The notes under the pieces were generated by a model. That model saw only the letters and a program-made list of their open reading frames with translations, searched no databases and had not been told where the DNA came from. Below, in pieces: positions 57,643 to 64,000 of a DNA stretch of 64,000 bases. The DNA comes from an uncultured Bacilli bacterium (GTDB lineage Bacteria; Bacillota_I; Bacilli_A; RF39; UBA660): contig CALVOZ010000006.1 in NCBI GenBank assembly GCA_944350495.1, forward strand, positions 12,648 to 76,647, written 5' to 3'. Numbering within the stretch: the first letter of the stretch is position 1; each line of letters starts with the position of its first letter. Both the position numbers and the translations under genes were made by a program.

Positions 57643-58350
57643 CTACAATTTCAAACAAGATTCAAGGGCTAGTTCAATCATTAAATTAAAGCTATTTTGC
57701 CTTTCTTCACTACTTGTCTCTTCGTTTGTTATTAAACTATTAGAAATAGTTACTAAACAAGCTGCATTTTTATTACAAAGTTTAGCAGTACTAAAAAGTC
57801 CAAATGATTCCATTTCTCCAGCAATGCAACTGTACTGTTTATTTAGTTCTTTAAAGTTTTCATTTTTTTTATATAAAACATCACTGCTATGTATTGTACC
57901 TGAAGTTAATCTAATATTTTTTTCAATTGCAGTAGTTATTATTTTTTCATTTAACATTACTGAACCGTCTAAAATATGACTTTTTTCTCCATTTTGCACT
58001 TGGGCAAAATTTGACTCTGAATAACTGTGTTCAGCTAAAACAATATCATATAAGTTTAATTCTGGAGTATAGGCACCAGCAGTCCCAACTCTAATTATAT
58101 TTTCAACTCCATATACATTATAAAGTTCATATGAATATATACCAATACTTGGCATCCCCATACCAGAACCCATAACAGTAATTTCTTTACCTTTATATTT
58201 TCCAGTATAAGCAAACATATTTCTTACACTATTTACCTTTTTTACATCTTCTAAATATTTTTCAGCAATCATCTTAGCTCGTAAAGGATCTCCTGGCATG
58301 ATTACTGTTTTAGCAATTTCATTAATTGCCGCTTCAATATGTGGTGTCAT
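57643..58350 (-). CDS. deoD: purine nucleoside phosphorylase, DeoD type
   Basis: MTPHIEA...IMPGDPLRAKMIAEKYLE...VMGSGMGMPS signature of hexameric PNP. Confidence 0.85.
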   Translation of the reverse strand: MTPHIEAAINEIAKTVIMPGDPLRAKMIAEKYLEDVKKVNSVRNMFAYTGKYKGKEITVMGSGMGMPSIGIYSYELYNVYGVENIIRVGTAGAYTPELNLYDIVLAEHSYSESNFAQVQNGEKSHILDGSVMLNEKIITTAIEKNIRLTSGTIHSSDVLYKKNENFKELNKQYSCIAGEMESFGLFSTAKLCNKNAACLVTISNSLITNEETSSEERQNSFNLMIELALESCLKL

Positions 58351-58386
58351 AAATTACCTCCCATTATAACAAAAGAAGAATATTAA

Positions 58387-59208
58387 TTATCCTTCTTCAC
58401 CTTCAAATTTATATTCGTTGACATTTATTGCAATCCCTACAACTAATATATAAGATAAGGCATATATCCAGATCATTAATGCTACAATATTGGATAAACT
58501 TCCGTAAAACAAGTCATAGTTAGAAAAATGACTAGCATAATATGAATATACAGCAGTCGCTACAACCCAACCTATTGTTGTAAAGATAGCTCCTTTTGTT
58601 GTATATTTACTCAATATTTTCCAATCTGGAGCCAAAGTATAAATTAATTTAATATTGAAATACATAATAAACATTGCAAATGGCCATCTAAATAACAACA
58701 AGAAACTTTTTAAAGATGAAATTAGAGTTTCTGATGATATTAGCGAAAAAATAAAATTAATTATCTTATCACCAAAAGCTAATAAAACTAAATTAAAAAC
58801 GAATAATATTATTAATAAGAATATAATAAATACCGATTTAACTCTTCTTTTAACAACATCGGCATTAGGAAATCCATACAAAGTATTAGATGCTAATACG
58901 ATTGAATGAGCACCATTACTTGCAATAAAGAATCCAATAGTCATTAATAATCCAATATTACTATCGAATTTTTTACCAACTAAAATAGGCGTAATAACAT
59001 CAACTACTTCAGTTGGAAAACCTTGTGCTATTAAATTAACAACATTATCCATTGATATTGAAAAAAATGATGCTATAACACCAATCAGCAACAATATTGG
59101 GAATATTGCTAGCACCAAAAAGAATGCAATTTGTCCAGGCAAAACATTTACCATAGGATTTTTAATACAAGTTAAAAATCGTGAAAACATCCTCTTAATT
59201 TTATTCAT
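58387..59208 (-). CDS. YihY/BrkB-family membrane protein
   Basis: N-terminal PGQIAFFLVLAIFPILLLIG and 6 TM layout. Confidence 0.6.
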   Translation of the reverse strand: MNKIKRMFSRFLTCIKNPMVNVLPGQIAFFLVLAIFPILLLIGVIASFFSISMDNVVNLIAQGFPTEVVDVITPILVGKKFDSNIGLLMTIGFFIASNGAHSIVLASNTLYGFPNADVVKRRVKSVFIIFLLIILFVFNLVLLAFGDKIINFIFSLISSETLISSLKSFLLLFRWPFAMFIMYFNIKLIYTLAPDWKILSKYTTKGAIFTTIGWVVATAVYSYYASHFSNYDLFYGSLSNIVALMIWIYALSYILVVGIAINVNEYKFEGEEG

Positions 59209-59225
59209 TTAGCATCATCTACTTA

Positions 59226-59420
59226 CTATTTCAAAATTATTAAATCTTTTGCAATTTCTTCTAATGCTCTACCAATTTCTTTTTTAGAATGGTATTCAGA
59301 TTCCTTCATTTGATAGTATTCATCGCGAAGCATTTCTTTAGCACGTTTTGAAACAACGTTTACTAATAAATACTTAGAACCTACCTTCGTTAAAATTTTA
59401 TCAATTGATGGATATATCAT
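59226..59420 (-). CDS. rpoZ: DNA-directed RNA polymerase omega subunit
   Basis: MIYPSIDKILTKVGSKYLLVNVVSKRAKEM matches the RpoZ N-terminal signature. Confidence 0.75.
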   Translation of the reverse strand: MIYPSIDKILTKVGSKYLLVNVVSKRAKEMLRDEYYQMKESEYHSKKEIGRALEEIAKDLIILK

Positions 59421-59503
59421 AATATCACCTCTCCTTAATAAGATGATAACACCAATTGTGTAAAGTTATCAACAACTATTCATAAAGTTGACAAAAATTG
59501 ACA

Positions 59504-60778
59504 TTACTTAATTACTCCATATATTAATGGTTCATCAAGAATTGATTCATCACCAATTTCAAAGCATGACCATATTTCATTCAACTTAATATCTTTATCT
59601 TCAACATAAAATTTTGCTAACTCTTCATTAGCTTCAACGTAGTCACCTTTTTTACGTGTTAAAACAATTCCTACTTTATAGTTGATTTTATCTTCAGTTG
59701 TGTATCGTCCAGCTCCCATTGCTCTTGCAATTTCTCCTAATTTTAAAGCATTAATTCCATTTATATAACCAGCTTTTGGGGATCTAAAAGATACAATTCT
59801 TTTAGAAATTTCTAAAGATTTAATATCACCAGATTGATGTTCACACATACTAATAAATTTTGTCAAAGCTTCACCAGAATTAATTTTTTTTAAACATTGA
59901 ACTTTAGCTTCTTCTTCATTAATATTTAAAGCTGTGCTTACAGCTAAGGATGCAATAGAAACAACTACTTCAAGTAAATCTGAAGGGCCCATTCCTTTTA
60001 AAGTGTCAAGCACTTCAACTACTTCTAAAGCATTACCAATTGCATAACCTAAGGGCTCGTTCATATCAGTTAAAACGCAAAATGTTTTTTTTCCATATCT
60101 ATTTCCTATTTTAACCATCATATTGGCTAATTTTTTAGCATCTTCTAAATTTTTCATTAAAGCGCCATTTCCTACTTTTACATCAATAAAAATATAATCG
60201 ACACCACTCGCTAATTTTTTAGACATAATACTTGATGCGATTAATGGTAATGAGTCAACCGTACCAGTTACGTCCCTTAAAGCATATAATTTTTTATCAG
60301 CTGGAACTAAATTACCAGACTGGCTAATAACTGCTACTCCAATATCATTAACTTGTTTAATGAATTCATCTCTCGATAATTCAATTCGATATCCTGGAAT
60401 AGATTCCAATTTATCGGCAGTTCCACCTGTATGTCCTAATCCTCGGCCACTCATCTTTGGTACTTTAAGGCCAAATGTTGCAAGTAATGGAGCTAAAATA
60501 AGTGTTACTTTATCACCAACTCCACCAGTAGAATGTTTATCTACCTTGATGCCACTAATAGAAGATAAATCAACAACTTCGCCACTATTTAACATAGCAT
60601 CAGTCAAATAAAATATTTCATCATCATCCATGCCATTTAAAACTATTGCCATTAATAAAGCACTTACTTGATAATCTTTAATCTCACCTGCAAGCATACC
60701 TTTAATCCAAAATTTAATTTCGTCTTCTGTCAATGACAATTTCTTTTTTTTCTTTTCAATAATATCTAATATTGTCAT
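59504..60778 (-). CDS. pdp: pyrimidine-nucleoside (thymidine) phosphorylase
   Basis: DKHSTGGVGDKVTLILAP and SGRGLGHTGGTADKLE motifs. Confidence 0.85.
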   Translation of the reverse strand: MTILDIIEKKKKKLSLTEDEIKFWIKGMLAGEIKDYQVSALLMAIVLNGMDDDEIFYLTDAMLNSGEVVDLSSISGIKVDKHSTGGVGDKVTLILAPLLATFGLKVPKMSGRGLGHTGGTADKLESIPGYRIELSRDEFIKQVNDIGVAVISQSGNLVPADKKLYALRDVTGTVDSLPLIASSIMSKKLASGVDYIFIDVKVGNGALMKNLEDAKKLANMMVKIGNRYGKKTFCVLTDMNEPLGYAIGNALEVVEVLDTLKGMGPSDLLEVVVSIASLAVSTALNINEEEAKVQCLKKINSGEALTKFISMCEHQSGDIKSLEISKRIVSFRSPKAGYINGINALKLGEIARAMGAGRYTTEDKINYKVGIVLTRKKGDYVEANEELAKFYVEDKDIKLNEIWSCFEIGDESILDEPLIYGVIK

Positions 60779-60823
60779 ATCATCACCATAATAATTTTAA
60801 CATAAAGAAAAAGAAAAGAAAAG

Positions 60824-61324
60824 TTAAGCTTCTCTCTTTGAATTAACTGTAAAAATTGCAATTACGTTTGTCATAATTGTTAAAAAATCAAAGATTGCCG
60901 CACTATAGGCCATTATATACGTATCATAAATTAACCACATTAGCATCGAAAAAATATTTAAATATTTAAAATAAATTATATTTTTAGTATTCATACCATA
61001 GGTAAATATCACAACACTTATAATTGGTAAAAATCCAATTACTCCTAAATCATTAAAGCAAATACCAAGTAAGACAGCTAAAAAAACAATTAAAGTCATA
61101 ATCCAAAATCTTAATTTATCAAAATAACATAAAATATTCCTAAGAGCTCCTAAAGCATTACTTATTGCTCCAGTAATTCCCCCTAATAATAAATTACCAA
61201 TAATAAATAAAATAATTTGAATGGTTTGAACTAATAAAACAGCTTTTTTATTTTTTAAGATACCAGCATAAACCATGAGAAATGAGCCAATTAAAAAAAT
61301 ACCATTCGCAAACCAAATCGTCAT
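60824..61324 (-). CDS. small polytopic membrane protein (4-5 TM), unknown function
   Basis: ORF translation, hydrophobic throughout. Sits in the nucleoside-salvage neighbourhood. Confidence 0.45.
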   Translation of the reverse strand: MTIWFANGIFLIGSFLMVYAGILKNKKAVLLVQTIQIILFIIGNLLLGGITGAISNALGALRNILCYFDKLRFWIMTLIVFLAVLLGICFNDLGVIGFLPIISVVIFTYGMNTKNIIYFKYLNIFSMLMWLIYDTYIMAYSAAIFDFLTIMTNVIAIFTVNSKREA

Positions 61325-61956
61325 TATTTCTCACCATTTGTAATACTTGTATATTGATTTATAAAATTAATTAAAGAGTCACATATTTTTTTAAGTTTTT
61401 CTGGTTCATCTATATTACGATATTTAGCATTAATTTCAATTTGAATAGCCTCACAATCAGTCTCAGTATAAACCTTTTGAGTAATTTTACCACCCTTAAA
61501 AATGTTATTACTTTCAACATTTAAGATACCTTGTTCATTAAAAGCATCAATTAATTCCTTTAATGTTGCATAATCACAAGACAAATTATTTAAATTGCCT
61601 AATTCAACATCAAAATTTCTTTCCATTCTAGCTCCATGTAAATCAATCACTAATTTTAAATTATGATTATTAATATTATCCAGTAACATGTTTTTAAAAG
61701 GATCACTATTAGAATTGTTAGAATCAATTCCTGTATCTTTATTTTTTACTAAAATAGAACTGTTAGTTATTTCTGCAACATAAAGAGCGATTGCCTTTGT
61801 AAATGGTTCTGCTAATTTATAAGTATCATCTTTTTTGCGTTGCAACATGGTGTGAGCCGCAGTTAAGATAACATTGTTACTACCATGTTTAGTAATATAT
61901 GTTAAATCACTATACTTATATTCTAATTGTAACATCTTAGTTTTGAAATTATCCAT
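61324..61956 (-). CDS. hypothetical protein
   Basis: 210-aa ORF. VIDLHGA segment is reminiscent of amidohydrolase/desuccinylase families, but no firm motif. Confidence 0.4.
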   Translation of the reverse strand: MDNFKTKMLQLEYKYSDLTYITKHGSNNVILTAAHTMLQRKKDDTYKLAEPFTKAIALYVAEITNSSILVKNKDTGIDSNNSNSDPFKNMLLDNINNHNLKLVIDLHGARMERNFDVELGNLNNLSCDYATLKELIDAFNEQGILNVESNNIFKGGKITQKVYTETDCEAIQIEINAKYRNIDEPEKLKKICDSLINFINQYTSITNGEK

Positions 61957-62001
61957 AGTATCACCATATTAATTATACCATAATAATTTAAAAAGCAGAT
62001 A

Positions 62002-62331
62002 TTAGTCTGCTTTTTTACTAGATAAAAATGTTACTTTTTCTGCAACTACTTCAACTGTTTGGCGTTTTTGCTCTTCTTCAGTTTCATATTGTCTACTTTG
62101 AATTCTTCCTTTAATTCCTACTAAATCGCCTTGTTTACAATATTCAACAGTATTTTCTGCTACTCCTTTCCACATTACGCAAGAAATAAAATCTGTTTCA
62201 TATTCGCCATTTGAATTTTTAAAAGATCTTGGTACAGCTAATGTAACGTGCGCCATTTTACTACCGTTTTCAGTTTCTTTTAGTTCTGGGGTTTGAACAA
62301 TTCTTCCAACTAATACAGCTTGATTAAGCAC
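62002..62331 (-). CDS. ssb: single-stranded DNA-binding protein, short form lacking the acidic C-terminal tail (SsbB-like)
   Basis: OB-fold signature LNQAVLVGRIV...ETDFISCVMWKGVAENT. GTG start with RBS AAAGGAGG. Ends ...SSKKAD without a DDD(I/L)PF tip. Confidence 0.7.
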   Translation of the reverse strand: MLNQAVLVGRIVQTPELKETENGSKMAHVTLAVPRSFKNSNGEYETDFISCVMWKGVAENTVEYCKQGDLVGIKGRIQSRQYETEEEQKRQTVEVVAEKVTFLSSKKAD

Positions 62332-62458
62332 AATTTTTCCTCCTTTCACACACATCATAGCACTTAAATCTTTGAAAGAAAAAAGACTGTTTTTGAATAA
62401 TTACCTATATAATTCTTCATTTTTAAAATTATACTTACAGTAAATAAAAAAAGAGATA

Positions 62459-63538
62459 TTAAATATCTCCTTTAATTAATTGTTGTAACATTTTTTTATT
62501 TTGTTTATTAAGTGAAATAAAATGGTCGTCAATAAATTCCATAATATCTTTAACTTCTCCATTTTTCACTTTAAAATTAACTGTTGATGAATCATTCTCG
62601 ACAATATACTTTGGAGTATTGTCATATTTAGAATTATTACCAGTTGAATTATATTCATACTTAACAACTGAATGTGAATTATTTGCTGATTCATTAATAT
62701 GAACTAAATTTCTAACTTCTATTTCGCTATTAGTGGCATTATTACAAACATTATCAATAATACTTCTAGTATTGCTTCCTATATGAATCATTCTAGTTCC
62801 TACATTTATTGAATTCTTAAGTTTTGCTTTAACCAATGTTGTACTTAAAGAAATAGCTTTTTTCCCCTCTAAGATCGAACTAGGATAACCCATATAAATT
62901 TTAGAATCAGTAATAACATTTATCCATTCCATACAACCACTATCTTTAATGTTAGCCCTTTTTAAAGACACAACTTTAGAATCATTTCGCATATTTAAGT
63001 TTAAATAGCGACACTTTGCATTCTCTTCTACATATATCTCGGTACTTTCACATTTTAATGACTCATGGCTACTAGCATAATCTATGATATTTAATTCAGC
63101 ATTCTCATCAATAATTATTAAATTTTTGCAAAAAGCGCAATTTGTATTTTTATTAAAGATAGGATAATTAATTTTTTTACCTTTAAAAACATAAATAAAA
63201 TAACCCGTTTGAAATAAAATTGAATTTAAATTAGTATATCTATTTTCATCATTAAATATCAAATAGCCAAAATATTTATCAATTAATCCTTGATACTTTT
63301 TAAATGCAGTATGAATATCACACGCGATAAATCCATCTCCTTCAATATGAAAAGGAACTGCCTTGTAATTACAATAATCAGCGAAATTAATATCTAATTT
63401 TATTTCTGGGCCAAAACTAGGATGAGTATAATCATCAATTTTTTTAAGTGCATCTAATCTTTCTTGAATAACCCAATCTGGTTCCATATTATCATTAGAA
63501 AACGCCATAATCTTTTTTTTAATATTTGTTTTATTCAT
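62459..63538 (-). CDS. hypothetical protein, possible SufB/SufD-like beta-helix protein
   Basis: C-terminal N/S/T-rich repeated beta-strand pattern (HIGSNTRSIIDNV...EVRNLVHINESANNSHS) loosely resembles the SufBD fold. No sufC nearby. Weak. Confidence 0.3.
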   Translation of the reverse strand: MNKTNIKKKIMAFSNDNMEPDWVIQERLDALKKIDDYTHPSFGPEIKLDINFADYCNYKAVPFHIEGDGFIACDIHTAFKKYQGLIDKYFGYLIFNDENRYTNLNSILFQTGYFIYVFKGKKINYPIFNKNTNCAFCKNLIIIDENAELNIIDYASSHESLKCESTEIYVEENAKCRYLNLNMRNDSKVVSLKRANIKDSGCMEWINVITDSKIYMGYPSSILEGKKAISLSTTLVKAKLKNSINVGTRMIHIGSNTRSIIDNVCNNATNSEIEVRNLVHINESANNSHSVVKYEYNSTGNNSKYDNTPKYIVENDSSTVNFKVKNGEVKDIMEFIDDHFISLNKQNKKMLQQLIKGDI

Positions 63539-63685
63539 AACATCACATACTTTTCTAAATATTTGTACCCCTTTAAATATTCTTTGAAAAGTTATTTATT
63601 AATTCTTCTTAACTATATTTTATCATCTTTTATATGTTTTGTAACACAATAATTATTATTTTTTTCTTTTTATACAAAAAAAAGG

Positions 63686-63946
63686 CTATTTAGCCTCTAC
63701 AATTAACTTAATAGCAGTTCTTTCTTCGCCATCAATTACAATGTCGGAAAAAGCCGGAATACAAACTAAATTTTTTCCTGATGGGGCAACAAATCCTCTC
63801 GCAATAGCAATTGCTTTAATTGCTTGATTTAAAGCTCCCGCTCCTATTGCTTGTATTTCTACTTCACCATGCTCGCGAAAGACATTTGCTAAAGCTCCCG
63901 CAACAGAATTTGGATTTGATTTAGTTCCTACTTTCAATGTTTCCAT
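63686..63946 (-). CDS. spoVS: SpoVS-family protein
   Basis: METLKVGTKSNPNSVAGALANVFREHGEVEIQAIGAGALNQAIKAIAIARGFVAPSGKNLVCIPAF is near-identical in pattern to B. subtilis SpoVS. Confidence 0.8.
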   Translation of the reverse strand: METLKVGTKSNPNSVAGALANVFREHGEVEIQAIGAGALNQAIKAIAIARGFVAPSGKNLVCIPAFSDIVIDGEERTAIKLIVEAK

Positions 63947-64000
63947 ATATTTTATTTCCTCTCTTTCTATATAAAATATATACGTCATTAAAAAAAAGAT

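Overview
This is a very AT-rich (about 27-28% GC, estimated by eye) chromosomal segment of a low-GC Firmicute. Gene content and synteny look Bacilli/Erysipelotrichia-like: dnaB-dnaI upstream of thrS, ywiB(DUF1934)-argS, rpoE (RNA polymerase delta subunit), rpoZ, spoVS and ppdK. About 68 protein genes are present and most are on the minus strand. Two tRNAs (CAU anticodon; Leu-UAG) are on the plus strand, and two T-box leaders sit upstream of pheST and thrS.

Most of the window is housekeeping. In order of appearance: lexA, truB, cysS, ppdK, tdk, xerC-like, priA, pheST, nrnA, rnhB, prmC, prfA, rpoE, argS, a PBP1A-type penicillin-binding protein, thrS, dnaI, dnaB, secG, a pair of M16 peptidases, add, deoD, pdp, rpoZ, ssb-like and spoVS.

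Between these are several small accessory clusters of uncharacterised genes. The most noteworthy are:
- an unannotated, strongly expressed 38-codon ORF whose stop codon lies inside a terminator hairpin just upstream of an MsbA-type ABC exporter. This looks like a candidate ribosome-mediated attenuation switch, in the bmrB-bmrCD style;
- a cassette of a type IV prepilin-like gene plus two large unknown proteins, with their own promoters and terminators, between pheT and priA;
- a truB-linked operon of a sugar nucleotidyltransferase and two unusual membrane proteins, one with an N/P/Q-rich tandem-repeat region and one with a CheY-like pseudo-receiver;
- a XerC-like recombinase whose start overlaps the stop of an unknown 395-aa protein, next to two coiled-coil proteins downstream of priA;
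- an XRE-HTH domain fused to an ABC ATPase, paired with an ABC-2 permease;
- a tandem HemK/PrmC paralog whose NPPY motif has become NPMY;
- two genes (a cupin and an XRE-like regulator) apparently disrupted by single-base homopolymer-length frameshifts.

No CRISPR array, transposase or rRNA was seen.
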